From: Deltaproteobacteria bacterium
Lineage (GTDB): Bacteria > Desulfobacterota > Syntrophobacteria > BM002
DNA length: 64,000 nucleotides
Reading direction: 5' to 3'
Assembly: GCA_020353155.1 (NCBI GenBank)
Contig: CP070689.1
Location: 2,476,315 to 2,540,314, forward strand
In this document: one piece after another, positions 51,873 to 61,627 of the stretch
How the letters are laid out: each line of letters begins with the position of its first letter
Position numbering within the stretch: the stretch's first letter is position 1
Notes under the pieces: generated by a model
Databases searched by the model: none
The model's input: the letters and a program-made list of their open reading frames with translations, nothing else
What the model was told of the DNA's origin: nothing
Made by a program: the position numbers and the translations under genes

Positions 51873-52879
51873 TGTCCGGTCTCCGCCAATTTTTGGTTTA
51901 ACATTTTGGCGAGCTCTTCCGCCGCCTGCCTGTTTTCCGCCCCGTGGACGCCTGCAAGGATGCTGCCTCTGCTGAAGAACAGTTCAAAGGTGTCCATTAT
52001 TTCAACAAGCTTTGCTCCAGGGATGTTGAGGTTCGGTTTCAGTTCAGTGCCACCGACTGCCGTTAAGAATGAAGTATAAGATTCCACTAGTCTGGTGGCT
52101 TCAGCTTGGCTTTTTCGGCGTGACAGGAATGCTGTCAGTTCTGTATCTCCCACCACATATTGGGCAGTGAAGATTGAATCGAACTGCTCAAAGCCGAAAC
52201 CATTGGAGGGTATGAGGGAGATGCTTTCTTTATTGAGGTTCTTCTCTGGAAATAGAGCTAGTTCATTTATATCATTGCTTTCTACTGGGGTTTTGCTGAT
52301 GAAATTTCTGCCGAAGGAGAGCATCAATTCAGCCATTCTCTCCTGGGCAACTGAGGAAACTATCTCTAAGTAATAAGGACCGTGAACGAAATAGAGTCCG
52401 TTCTCTGTCCCATAACCATAGTCGCCCAACTCAAGTTCCTTGGCCTCAAAGCGTTTTTGCAGGCTGTAAACAGCGTAAGAACCCCGCGGGGACCCCATAT
52501 CGTAAATGAATGCTTCCATCCATGCATCAGGCTCATCTTCAATGGCAAAACGCTGACTGACAAGACGAACAAATCCGCCAGAAAGATAAAGTTCGGCCTT
52601 GCCGTTGATTTTGTCAGAGAGATTTTCGGGCCCGAAGGATTCCACTGGAGAAAGAAGAATCAGATTCTGGGGGGCATACCTTAGGAGATCTTGAGGAGGG
52701 GTAAGGGTTGAAAGTGGTTGAGTCGATAGTTCTTGTTGGGAGAAAGCGGGTTTGAGGACAGAGGGGTCAAAGTGGGCCTGTTTGAAAAAGATTCCACCCG
52801 TTATGATAACTAGTAAGAGGATAACAGCGTACCCAACGAAGGATTCGGTCTTACTTACAGTTCTTGCCATTCCTTTCAC
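51869..52879 (-). CDS. N-terminally anchored extracytoplasmic protein, unknown function
   Basis: 336 aa with a single N-terminal TM helix (FVGYAVILLLVIITGGIFF). No cofactor motif. Contains DKINGKAELYLSGGF. Translationally coupled to the DUF362 gene. Confidence 0.5.
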   Translation of the reverse strand: MKGMARTVSKTESFVGYAVILLLVIITGGIFFKQAHFDPSVLKPAFSQQELSTQPLSTLTPPQDLLRYAPQNLILLSPVESFGPENLSDKINGKAELYLSGGFVRLVSQRFAIEDEPDAWMEAFIYDMGSPRGSYAVYSLQKRFEAKELELGDYGYGTENGLYFVHGPYYLEIVSSVAQERMAELMLSFGRNFISKTPVESNDINELALFPEKNLNKESISLIPSNGFGFEQFDSIFTAQYVVGDTELTAFLSRRKSQAEATRLVESYTSFLTAVGGTELKPNLNIPGAKLVEIMDTFELFFSRGSILAGVHGAENRQAAEELAKMLNQKLAETGQ

Positions 52880-52910
52880 GACCTACCGCCAATTTACCGC
52901 AGCATCTCGC

Positions 52911-53537
52911 CTAAAAAGCCTTTACTACCGGCAAGATCTGGTTGCTTTCGGTTTCAGGTCTCCTCTTGCGGACATAAGTGATGAAATCTTCAAGATTGTT
53001 GAGCTGGATGTCCAATTCGTTTCCATACCTACCTACAATGAAGGCATCGTGGGCATCGCTGTTGCTGAAGGTCAAGATGCCTCTCTGAGCGGCAAATTTT
53101 CTTGCCTTGGCTTCAGCTTGGCGGTGCATGTTGCTGCTTGCCACTTCCATACCGTCGGGCTGGACATGGTTCAGCCAGTTAGGTCGCTTTGGGCTAAAGC
53201 GGAAGGGATGGGCCCAGATGACAATTCCACCATAATTGTGGACCAAAGGAATTAGATCAATCACTGAGCACCAGCCAGGAATGTCGCCGTTTTCAGGGTT
53301 GGGGAGAAATACCAGGAAATGCCCTTCGGGGCAAGAATGTTCCATGCCCCGCATGATTGTTAGTTCTTGAAATCTTTGTTGCAGTTCCCGGATTTCAGAT
53401 GGAGGCCTCCAAAAGTCATGCTCTGTGAGGGCTATTCCCGCCAGCCCTGAGTCAACAGCTCTCTGGCACATTTCCTCCGCCGAGCTTATGGAGCAATCCG
53501 AGTACTCGCGGGTATGAATATGGAAGTCATATAGCAT
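52911..53537 (-). CDS. PHP-domain phosphoesterase
   Basis: Trimmed to the ATG at 53537 (MLYDFHIHTREYSDCS, the PHP motif-I His cluster). Later motifs are ALTEHD and NSDAHD. Confidence 0.7.
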   Translation of the reverse strand: MLYDFHIHTREYSDCSISSAEEMCQRAVDSGLAGIALTEHDFWRPPSEIRELQQRFQELTIMRGMEHSCPEGHFLVFLPNPENGDIPGWCSVIDLIPLVHNYGGIVIWAHPFRFSPKRPNWLNHVQPDGMEVASSNMHRQAEAKARKFAAQRGILTFSNSDAHDAFIVGRYGNELDIQLNNLEDFITYVRKRRPETESNQILPVVKAF

Positions 53538-53757
53538 TTGGCAGTTAATATCCCATGTGGAGTGTAGAGATGTTGAAATCACAAGATTCCGAAGAATCCT
53601 GAACAAACCTCCCTAAATCTTAAAAAGCATATAATAGTATTTGTCGCGGGGAAGTTTAACACTTCACAGCACCAATGACTAGGGGGGGCGTTGAATCTAG
53701 TGAATCTGGTACTCTCCCTCAGGTGGAGATCTCGGAAGGGCTTGAGTTCTTCACTTT

Positions 53758-55329
53758 CTAGTGTACCTCCGTGGGAAGACTTGCAGCGTCACGTCTGCGG
53801 AAAAAGAGGGTCAGGGGGATAAGACAAGCTGTGGCACAGGCGAGAAGCCAAAAGGTGTCATTGAACGCCAGTATGCTAGCTTGTCTCTGTAGCTCTCGGT
53901 AGATGATTGCCAGGGTGGTGGTTGGGTTTGCCAGATCTGGACGGTGCATCTGGAGCCACTGAAGGAGTTGCTCATATCGAATCTGGAAAGCTGCACTGTA
54001 AGGTGTTACCCCTTCGACCAGGAAAGTCTGATGAAACTGGGCTCTTTGGGCGAGGATGGTTGTGCTGATTGCCACCCCGAAACTTCCTCCCAGGTTACGA
54101 AGAAGATTGAAGATAGCAGAGGCATTACCCGTCTGTTCTTTCGGGATGTTCATAAAGGTAGCGGTGGCAAGGGGTACGAAGAATAAACCCAGGCCAAAAC
54201 CTTGGAGAATGCGGGGTCCGGTAATATCAAGAAAACTCGCCTGCAAATTGAAGCCTGACATCAACCAGAGGGCATAGGACATGATGGTAAGGCCGATTGC
54301 AAGTAAATATCTGGGATTTACCCCCCTTCGCAGGAGGATGCCGGCTATGGGCATTACTATAAAGCTGGTTACGCCTCCCGGTCCGAGTACTAGACCCGCC
54401 CAGAAAGCGTTATAGTTCATCAGTTTCTGAGCATATAAGGGTAGCAGGACGAAGCTGCCGAACATGCAGCCGAAACCGGTAAACATGATCAAATTGCCGC
54501 TGGCAAAACTTCGTTCCTTGAAAGCGCGGAGATTCACTACAGGATGTTCGGTGCGGAGCTCAACCACAACGAAGGCCACGAGAGCGACAACAGCAATGAT
54601 GCTGAGATAGACGATGAAAGGTGAATTGAACCAGTCCTCACGCTCGCCCTTGTCAAGGACTATCTGGAGGCAGCCAAGACCAAGGGTGAGGAGGAGTAAG
54701 CCCCAGGTGTCTATACGCATTACTCTGCGGCGGATGTAAGCAGGATCGTAGATAAAGAAAATTGCTAGAACCAGTGCCACAAGTCCCACCGGTAGATTTA
54801 TGTAAAACACCCAGCGCCAGCTCAAGTTGTCTGTTATCCAGCCGCCAACGACCGGCCCCATAATTGGGGCCATGACCACTCCCATACCAAAGACCGCCAT
54901 GGCCAGGCCATGTTCTGCAACCGGAAAAGTCTCAAACAAAATAGCTTGCGAGAGGGGTTGCAGCCCCCCGCCGCCTAATCCCTGGAGAATTCTGGCTATA
55001 ATAAGAAACTCCAGAGAGGGAGCGGCACCACAGGCCAGGGAGCTAGCGGTAAAAAGTGTCACAGAGAAGAGCAAATAGCGCTTTCGACCAAAGACACTGG
55101 CGAGCCAACCGGTAATGGGAATGACGATGGCGTTGGAGACCAGATAAGATGTCAGCACCCAAGTAACCTCATCCAAGCCAGCGTTAAGACTACCCTGAAT
55201 GTGTGGCAAGGAGACGTTGACCACGCTGATGTCCATCACCTCGATGAAGGTGGGAACCATTACGGTCATGGCCACCACCCATTTGTTAACCTGAGGTATT
55301 TTTGCCGATGACGTCATGGCAATAGCCAT
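53758..55329 (-). CDS. MFS transporter, DHA2 (EmrB/QacA) 14-TM drug-efflux family
   Basis: 523 aa and highly hydrophobic throughout. MFS motif A is GWLASVFGRKRY. It lies 6 nt downstream of the HlyD-family gene. Confidence 0.8.
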   Translation of the reverse strand: MAIAMTSSAKIPQVNKWVVAMTVMVPTFIEVMDISVVNVSLPHIQGSLNAGLDEVTWVLTSYLVSNAIVIPITGWLASVFGRKRYLLFSVTLFTASSLACGAAPSLEFLIIARILQGLGGGGLQPLSQAILFETFPVAEHGLAMAVFGMGVVMAPIMGPVVGGWITDNLSWRWVFYINLPVGLVALVLAIFFIYDPAYIRRRVMRIDTWGLLLLTLGLGCLQIVLDKGEREDWFNSPFIVYLSIIAVVALVAFVVVELRTEHPVVNLRAFKERSFASGNLIMFTGFGCMFGSFVLLPLYAQKLMNYNAFWAGLVLGPGGVTSFIVMPIAGILLRRGVNPRYLLAIGLTIMSYALWLMSGFNLQASFLDITGPRILQGFGLGLFFVPLATATFMNIPKEQTGNASAIFNLLRNLGGSFGVAISTTILAQRAQFHQTFLVEGVTPYSAAFQIRYEQLLQWLQMHRPDLANPTTTLAIIYRELQRQASILAFNDTFWLLACATACLIPLTLFFRRRDAASLPTEVH

Positions 55330-55335
55330 ATGTAA

Positions 55336-56595
55336 TTATGGTTTAGAGGCGAAAGGTACCAGTACTCCACCACTCCGATTCCTGGTGGAGATGGTCACGT
55401 GGAGGGAAAATCCGATCCGCAATGGATATTCTGCCGGTGGCGGCTCATCGAGAGAGATTTTTACTGGCACCCTTTGAACCACTTTGATCCAGTTGCCGGT
55501 GGCATTCTCTGGGGGCAAGAGGGAGAAGGATGCCCCGGTGCCGGCCCGGATGCCATCCACTTTGCCATAATAGGTATAATCTGGGTACACATCTGCCTTG
55601 ATGGTGACAGGTTGTCCCAAACGCACATTTTGCAGTTGGGTTTCTTTAAAGTTAGCTTCAACATATACTTCCCGCAGCGGCACCACTGCCATGAGAGGTT
55701 GAGCTATCTGAACGCGATCACCTAACTGAACATTTTTTTGAGCAATGTAGCCTGATAAGGGGGCAGGAATTGTGCAGTAGGAAAGATTCAGCTGTGCGGC
55801 TCGCAACTTGCCTTCAGCCTCCTGTTGCTCGCCCTGCAATGCAGCCAGTTTGTGAGCAAGAACCTCCACCTGCCTGCGTTGACTCGAAGTAGCTTGCAGT
55901 TGAGCTTGTACCTGTTCCACCTCCTGCTCGACAGCTTGCAGCGAGGCCCGTACAGCGGCAATTTCCGCATTTGTTGCCTCCACAAGGGCCTTGGCTTTCA
56001 CAAAGTTTGTATCGGCTGTGTCGCGCTGCTCTTCGGCAATTACACCGGTCTTGAAGAGGTTGTCAAAGCGCTTGAAGTCACGCCGTGCCTTTTCCAGATC
56101 GGCGTTAGCCGCCACCCACCTCTCTTGGAGCTCCTTCAACCGGTGCAGTCGTTCATCCTTGTTATCCCGTGCTTCCTGGAGTTTGGCTTTGGCTTCTTGG
56201 AGGTGAGCCTCGGTTTGGATGTCGGTTAAAGATGTGGAAGTCTTGATGGCTTGTATTTCCCCTTCAATTTTTGCCAGCGCTCCCTTTGTTTGATCCACAA
56301 TTGCTTGGTAATCCCGGGAATCAAGTACCAGAAGTATCTGACCCCGTTCAACCGGAACGTCGTTTTCCACCATAACCTGAAGCACGGTGCCGGGCACTCG
56401 GCTGCTTATCCGGGCGGAGTCTGCGACAACGTAGGCATTGTCAGTGGATTCCCTGAACCGGAGTATGAATAACCAATAGGCTCCCAGCAAGACAGCGACC
56501 GAGAAAAGTGCTACGACTACCCACAATAGCCTTTTCATCCGTTCACGGTTGTTGACTCTCTTGGCTGTAGTCTCTGTTTTTTCTTCTGCAGACAT
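55336..56595 (-). CDS. HlyD/EmrA-family membrane fusion protein
   Basis: 419 aa. N-terminal TM anchor, lipoyl-like halves (ISSRVPGTVLQVMVENDVPVERGQILLVLD; IPAPLSGYIAQKNVQLGDRV) and a long Ala/Gln/Glu coiled coil. Confidence 0.8.
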   Translation of the reverse strand: MSAEEKTETTAKRVNNRERMKRLLWVVVALFSVAVLLGAYWLFILRFRESTDNAYVVADSARISSRVPGTVLQVMVENDVPVERGQILLVLDSRDYQAIVDQTKGALAKIEGEIQAIKTSTSLTDIQTEAHLQEAKAKLQEARDNKDERLHRLKELQERWVAANADLEKARRDFKRFDNLFKTGVIAEEQRDTADTNFVKAKALVEATNAEIAAVRASLQAVEQEVEQVQAQLQATSSQRRQVEVLAHKLAALQGEQQEAEGKLRAAQLNLSYCTIPAPLSGYIAQKNVQLGDRVQIAQPLMAVVPLREVYVEANFKETQLQNVRLGQPVTIKADVYPDYTYYGKVDGIRAGTGASFSLLPPENATGNWIKVVQRVPVKISLDEPPPAEYPLRIGFSLHVTISTRNRSGGVLVPFASKP

Positions 56596-56682
56596 CTACA
56601 TCATCACCCTACCGACTTAAATATCTAGAGAGCTCCGGGACAGTGAAATCAATGGATTGCCCTGCGGTTTGTGCCCTATGTC

Positions 56683-57252
56683 TTAGCCTACGATGATATC
56701 GTCCAGACCTCGCTTGGGTACATGGTGCACCCCATCAATGTCCCTCCAGTACTTTATGTCGCCTTCCGGCCCCACTTCCTCGAGGACCACTGTTTCTTTA
56801 GGCTTGCCTAAGGCAAGAACCAAGAGTATTTCAAAGTGGTCAGGAATATCAAGGTCCTTGCGAAGTCTTTCCCGATTTATTGCGCCGATCATGCAACCAC
56901 CCAAGCCCTTCTCAACCGCAGCCAACATTATGTTCTGACAGGCAATGCCATGGTCGCAGCCAAATGATTTGGTGATGCGCCGATCGCCCAAGACAATAAT
57001 GTAAGCTGAGGGTCGCTCCCCTTCGCTGGGGCCGGGCCAGTTTTTAAGGTAGCCTGCCCAGGCAAGATGTTGAAAAATTTTGCCGTTTTTTTCCGCTTCA
57101 TTGGAGAGCATGTATTTAAGCGGTTGCAGATTACCTGCAGCAGCAGAGAGCCTTGCCACATCTACCAGCTCCCTCAAGTTATCGATTTCTATTCTGTGGT
57201 TTTGGTAGAAGCGTCGATAACTTCTTGTTCTCCTGATCAAATCCCTAATCAT
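56683..57252 (-). CDS. nitroreductase-family flavoprotein
   Basis: 189 aa with RRTRSYRRF near the N-terminus and GIACQNIMLAA. Confidence 0.7.
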   Translation of the reverse strand: MIRDLIRRTRSYRRFYQNHRIEIDNLRELVDVARLSAAAGNLQPLKYMLSNEAEKNGKIFQHLAWAGYLKNWPGPSEGERPSAYIIVLGDRRITKSFGCDHGIACQNIMLAAVEKGLGGCMIGAINRERLRKDLDIPDHFEILLVLALGKPKETVVLEEVGPEGDIKYWRDIDGVHHVPKRGLDDIIVG

Positions 57253-57303
57253 TTAAACCTCCTTGCCTAATTCAGGGGGATTGGAAGGTCAAAGCACAAA
57301 GGA

Positions 57304-57981
57304 TCATCCCATAATCAAGGCTCCAACTATAGCATAAGCTAATGCCGGCAGAAGATTGCCGGTACGGATGGTCCTGAGCTCCAAGAGGTTAATACCTATA
57401 GCCAAGATGAGCAATCCTCCTGTGGCGGTGATGGCGTTTAAGACGCTGGGGCTTTGGAGAAATAATAGTTTTGACGCTAGGAGGGTTATGGAGCCCTGTA
57501 CAACAAAGACTGAAAGGGCGGAAAAGGCAACCCCGACGCCAAAGGTTGATGCAAGAGCTATAGAAGCAACCCCGTCCAACAGTGATTTGACGTAGAGAGT
57601 GCTTGGATCCCCTGCTGTTCCATCCTGTATAGAGCCGACAATCATCATGGCTCCGACGAGATAGAGAAGAGAGGCGGAAACAAAACCTTGAACGAAGGTT
57701 GAGGAGTCTGAACCGGCGCGGGTTTTCAACCACTCCCCTACTCTCCCTATGCGTTCCTCGATGCGCAGGATCTCCCCTGTTACCCCACCTAACAATAGAT
57801 AAGCGATAGCGGCGATCATTTTCTCGCCTGATAGAGCCATTTTCAAACCAATCAGCACTACCGATAAACCGAGAGCTTGCATGAGAATGCTTCGGATTCT
57901 TTCGGGCAGACGCTTGCCGGCAGATATCCCCACTGTGCTGCCCACTAATACTGCTCCGGTATTGACTATGGTCCCTATCAA
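57304..57981 (-). CDS. DUF554-family membrane protein
   Basis: 225 aa. MIGTIVNTGAVLVGSTVG...LPERIRSILMQALGLSVVLIGLKMAL resembles YdfK/YqgA-type DUF554 proteins (assignment from memory). Confidence 0.6.
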   Translation of the reverse strand: MIGTIVNTGAVLVGSTVGISAGKRLPERIRSILMQALGLSVVLIGLKMALSGEKMIAAIAYLLLGGVTGEILRIEERIGRVGEWLKTRAGSDSSTFVQGFVSASLLYLVGAMMIVGSIQDGTAGDPSTLYVKSLLDGVASIALASTFGVGVAFSALSVFVVQGSITLLASKLLFLQSPSVLNAITATGGLLILAIGINLLELRTIRTGNLLPALAYAIVGALIMG

Positions 57982-58166
57982 AGAACCCTCCGCTTTTTTC
58001 TTTTTTAATTATCAGGTAAAAATTGTAGAAAACAGGCGACAACTTATAATAATTCGGTCCTTGTGACCAGAACAAAGTGCTTGTCTACCCCTGCTGTCTG
58101 TGTGTCAGGCGAAAAAATGATTATAATACTAGAGTTGTGATTACCAGAGGAGCGAAAAAAATTGCA

Positions 58167-59150
58167 ATGAGGAACCTTGTAAGAATTTTTATCGTAGTTT
58201 TGGCTGTCATAGCTTCTGGCTGTGCCCATCACTGGAGCTTACCCCCTGAGGAAGTCCACACCGTCTATACTGCTAATCACGAGGAAGGTTCCCTGCACAA
58301 CAGGTATGCTCCAGTCTTTCTCACCTACGACTACAGAAATTACTACAATCGTGTCGGCAGTCCTGCGGCCAGGATCAATAATGAAGGGAAAGAGCAGATC
58401 TATGTGGACCCCGAAAAGCCGGCAATTTATTATATGGAGAAAGAATTCTCAACGGAAAAAGGCAAATACACTAATTTAGTCTACCGAGTCCACTTCCCTA
58501 AGGTCCCTTTCAGCATCATTCCCTTTAACCTCACCAGCGGCAGTAATGTCGGAATTATTGTGGTAATAACCCTAGACGAAAAAAACCGCCCCCTGCTTGT
58601 TACGAGTGCTAACACCTGCGGCTGCTATATGGCGATTGTGCCTACCACATATCTGCCTCCTGATGCTTTGCCGGAGGATTGGAAAGACGAGCCTCTGGAT
58701 GTTTATGGTGAGGAGCTGCCGTGGATTCTGGATTACGGTGAGTTGAGAAATCCCACCCTAATCGTCCATGTGCGTCCCTCCGTTCACAGAGTAATGGACC
58801 TTGAGATTGTTAATGGTGAGTCCCTGTCGCACAGCCAAGGCTTCAGGTCGATTCAAACACCACTGATGCCAGCCGATGATTTGGAGAGCATTCAATTGAA
58901 CGGAAAAACTACCAGCTTCTACTACGACTATGGTCCGCAGAAAGGGCATGTGAAAGGTTCTATGAAGTTTTGGGAAACATTGCTGCTAAGCGTTATTTCC
59001 TGGGATTTTTTTGTAGGTGCCGACAAAGTATATGGGGATAATGAAAAATACGACAATCCTTTCTATACGAGTCTAAAACCGTGGAACAGAACAGCCTCGG
59101 ACATGTGGAATTTTGCCGGGTTTTTGGAGTTCTGGGGTTGGAAATTGTAA
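58167..59150 (+). CDS. lipoprotein, unknown function
   Basis: Trimmed to the ATG at 58167 (MRNLVRIFIVVLAVIASGCAHH, lipobox ASGC). No recognisable catalytic motif. Confidence 0.55.
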   Translation: MRNLVRIFIVVLAVIASGCAHHWSLPPEEVHTVYTANHEEGSLHNRYAPVFLTYDYRNYYNRVGSPAARINNEGKEQIYVDPEKPAIYYMEKEFSTEKGKYTNLVYRVHFPKVPFSIIPFNLTSGSNVGIIVVITLDEKNRPLLVTSANTCGCYMAIVPTTYLPPDALPEDWKDEPLDVYGEELPWILDYGELRNPTLIVHVRPSVHRVMDLEIVNGESLSHSQGFRSIQTPLMPADDLESIQLNGKTTSFYYDYGPQKGHVKGSMKFWETLLLSVISWDFFVGADKVYGDNEKYDNPFYTSLKPWNRTASDMWNFAGFLEFWGWKL

Positions 59151-59160
59151 AGATTATAAA

Positions 59161-59523
59161 TTAGACAGAAAGCCATTCTTTTATCTTTGCCAGAAATGTC
59201 GAAGGGTCAATACCTTCAATTTCCTGATATGTCGCAAGGAAATCCTCTCCTTTCATCAAATAGCATTTATCAGCATGAAAAACGGCCACTACAACTCCGC
59301 TGGCCGTGGTGGGATCTATAAGCTTGGCTTTAATATAGCGGATAAATAGAGGATAGATACGCTCGCGGAGAATTCGCCACGGTTTTTCCTCCAACAAGGA
59401 GAATTCATAAAATAAGCACGAATCACCGAGTCGCTCTGTAACCTCTGCCCGGTACTGGTTGTAAACCTCTCCTGGGATGATTTCGAAGGATTTTGCCAGT
59501 AGTATTTCAAGATACGGCGGCAT
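59161..59523 (-). CDS. hypothetical protein
   Basis: 120-aa ORF convergent with the lipoprotein gene. No motif recognised. Confidence 0.4.
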   Translation of the reverse strand: MPPYLEILLAKSFEIIPGEVYNQYRAEVTERLGDSCLFYEFSLLEEKPWRILRERIYPLFIRYIKAKLIDPTTASGVVVAVFHADKCYLMKGEDFLATYQEIEGIDPSTFLAKIKEWLSV

Positions 59524-59735
59524 AGGGTCTACCTAATTTTTTTCTCTTACTGATTCTCCCAACACTTCACTCTAAAAGTCTAGCCCATACCATCTCTACA
59601 GTCACGAAGTAAAGAAATTGAGGAATTATGTAATCTGAGGAGATTAAGCAGAAATGTCGTTTTCATTCCTTAATCCCAGAATTCCTAAATTTCTTTCGGA
59701 TTTACCTGTAAGTTCCTCGTTTTTTGCCTTTGGTG

Positions 59736-59763
59736 CTTAGTGCCTACTCCCTAGTGCCTAGTC
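59736..59763. repeat. tandem heptamer array (CTTAGTG family, single orientation)
   Basis: cttagtg cctactc cctagtg cctagtc. Confidence 0.7.
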
Positions 59764-59905
59764 TAAAAAGGCGGGCATGGAGATTGCTAAAGTTATCGGG
59801 TGAAAAGGATCTTTGTTTGGTTAAACCCCCATTTTAAGCTGGTTTAGACTGACTCTCATTTCCCGGAGAACTGAGTAAAGTCTATAACCCTGAACAGTTG
59901 GAGGT

Positions 59906-60280
59906 ATGTTTTTGGATACTCCAATTGTTACCGAAAAGCGTTTAACTTCCAGAGCCGAAGTAAAATGGCCGGTCGTCCTATTAACTTCCCACGGGGCCAC
60001 TGTGGCCGAGACAAAGAATATCGGCGCCAGCGGGGCGTTTATCCTCTGCCGGGCCCAACTTCGTCCAAAAGAGAAGGTCAAAGTATTTGTGATGGCACCC
60101 AATCGTAACTCCTTGAATATCTCTGGCGAAGTGGCTTGGTCCAATCCTCTTTGCACAGAAGAGGACAGCCCTCCCTGCGGAGTCGGTATTAGGTTCACCA
60201 GTATATCTCAAACTGACCGCCAGTATCTCCGTGACCTGATTGCTGAGTATTATGGAAGGAAGAAAAAAAGACTGGCCTAA
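59906..60280 (+). CDS. single-domain PilZ protein
   Basis: 124 aa with RLTSR (RxxxR) and NIGASGAFI ((D/N)xSxxG). Confidence 0.65.
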   Translation: MFLDTPIVTEKRLTSRAEVKWPVVLLTSHGATVAETKNIGASGAFILCRAQLRPKEKVKVFVMAPNRNSLNISGEVAWSNPLCTEEDSPPCGVGIRFTSISQTDRQYLRDLIAEYYGRKKKRLA

Positions 60281-60404
60281 CCTACCACCATACCTCTTGC
60301 GGCTGAACAGCTCCTTTGTTAAAATTCTGACAGTACATCGGAGATCCTTCGATTAGAAGCTGATAATATTCACCTTCCACAAATCACTTTCCACCATGAT
60401 TGAG

Positions 60405-60465
60405 GTTTCAGTGTTCCAATTTTAGCCTTCGTGTTTCTTCTCCGGACATCTGAAACCTGAAACCT
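60405..60465. repeat. GGTTTCA hairpin element, second copy of the 32087-32166 element
   Basis: aggtttcagtgttc (60404-60417) is identical to 32087-32100. ctgaaacctgaaacc (60451-60465) is identical to 32135-32149. The loops are also similar (13/18). The element ends 12 nt before the DUF169 RBS. Confidence 0.85.
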
Positions 60466-60488
60466 TTTATCACCAGAAGGGAGGCCCT

Positions 60489-61280
60489 ATGGCTGAAAAA
60501 AACTTCAAAGAAATAAGTGATTTCATCAGGGATGAACTGCGGCTAAAGACCCTGCCTGTAGCGGTTAAGTTTCTGAAAAAAAAGTCTGATTTTCCCGAAA
60601 AAACACGTCAGCCTTCGGTGGTTCTGCAGAAGAGAGTAACTATTTGTCAGGGAGTTACTTATGCAAGAGTATACGGTTGGACCGTAGGTCTTACCCGGGA
60701 GGACCTGATCTGTGTACCGGCAATGATTGCTTTCGGCTTCAGTGGGGCTGATGATCCTCCGGCTACCTTGGCCAGGTTATTTTGTGAGGTGAATTTCCAC
60801 GATGAGGAGAAGGAAGCCCGCAAAGGGATTGATTCGATGACTCTTTTGGACAATGGCAGAATTGAGGCCCTAGTTCTCGCTCCCTTAGCCAAGGGCTTGT
60901 TTGAGCCAGATACGGTTGCCATTTATGGCAATCCAGCCCAGATTATGCGTTTGGTTCAGGCCCTAGTTTACCAAAATGGTGAGCGGTTAAATGGAACTTT
61001 TGGGGGCAAGGTGGAATGCAGTGAGTACTTGATTGGGCCCTTCACTTCACAGGCTCCTAAGATTGCCATTCCAGGCATGGGCGATCGCATCTTTTCCATG
61101 ACCCAGGACGACGAGATGGTTTTAGCCCTGCCGGGCAAAGATCTTGCTGGGCTTAAAAAGGGCTTGCAGGAGGCAGGAAACAAGATTGGTGCTAGATATC
61201 CTGTTACCTTCTACCAAAACTTCCAACCCGATTTTCCCAAGCCTTATAAAATACTAGGAGATGAGCTGGGTATCCTGTAA
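60489..61280 (+). CDS. DUF169-like protein
   Basis: 263 aa with RBS GGGAGG. LKTLPVAVKFLKK and the overall size resemble DUF169/COG2043 proteins (assignment from memory). Confidence 0.5.
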   Translation: MAEKNFKEISDFIRDELRLKTLPVAVKFLKKKSDFPEKTRQPSVVLQKRVTICQGVTYARVYGWTVGLTREDLICVPAMIAFGFSGADDPPATLARLFCEVNFHDEEKEARKGIDSMTLLDNGRIEALVLAPLAKGLFEPDTVAIYGNPAQIMRLVQALVYQNGERLNGTFGGKVECSEYLIGPFTSQAPKIAIPGMGDRIFSMTQDDEMVLALPGKDLAGLKKGLQEAGNKIGARYPVTFYQNFQPDFPKPYKILGDELGIL

Positions 61281-61348
61281 GGACAGAGCTCAAGAGGGCG
61301 GCCCTGTTGCTGGTGGCGGGAGCTGAGAGTAACCAGAGAAGGTCTTTT

Positions 61349-61543
61349 TTAATGCTCGGATTTTTTTCCCGAGGAGATCATTTGCTCTGGGTTGGCAAGA
61401 AAGGCACCGAGGATAAACCCGAGTAGACCGAGATATCCGAAGACAACCTGCCAATTTCCTGAAAGCTGCCAAACCAGACCTGCGCCAACGATGGCTGGAA
61501 TTCCAAAGACTATAGTGATTCCCGCTTTTCTTTCTGGTTGCAT
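61349..61543 (-). CDS. small two-TM membrane protein
   Basis: 64 aa with two hydrophobic helices (ITIVFGIPAIVGAGLVW; VVFGYLGLLGFILGAFL). Confidence 0.4.
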   Translation of the reverse strand: MQPERKAGITIVFGIPAIVGAGLVWQLSGNWQVVFGYLGLLGFILGAFLANPEQMISSGKKSEH

Positions 61544-61627
61544 TTGATCACTCCCTTGAGGATACTTTATTCTAATGTGCAGATTTTCACTTTATAGCGA
61601 AAAGGGGGCAGGATGTAAAGAGCAAAG

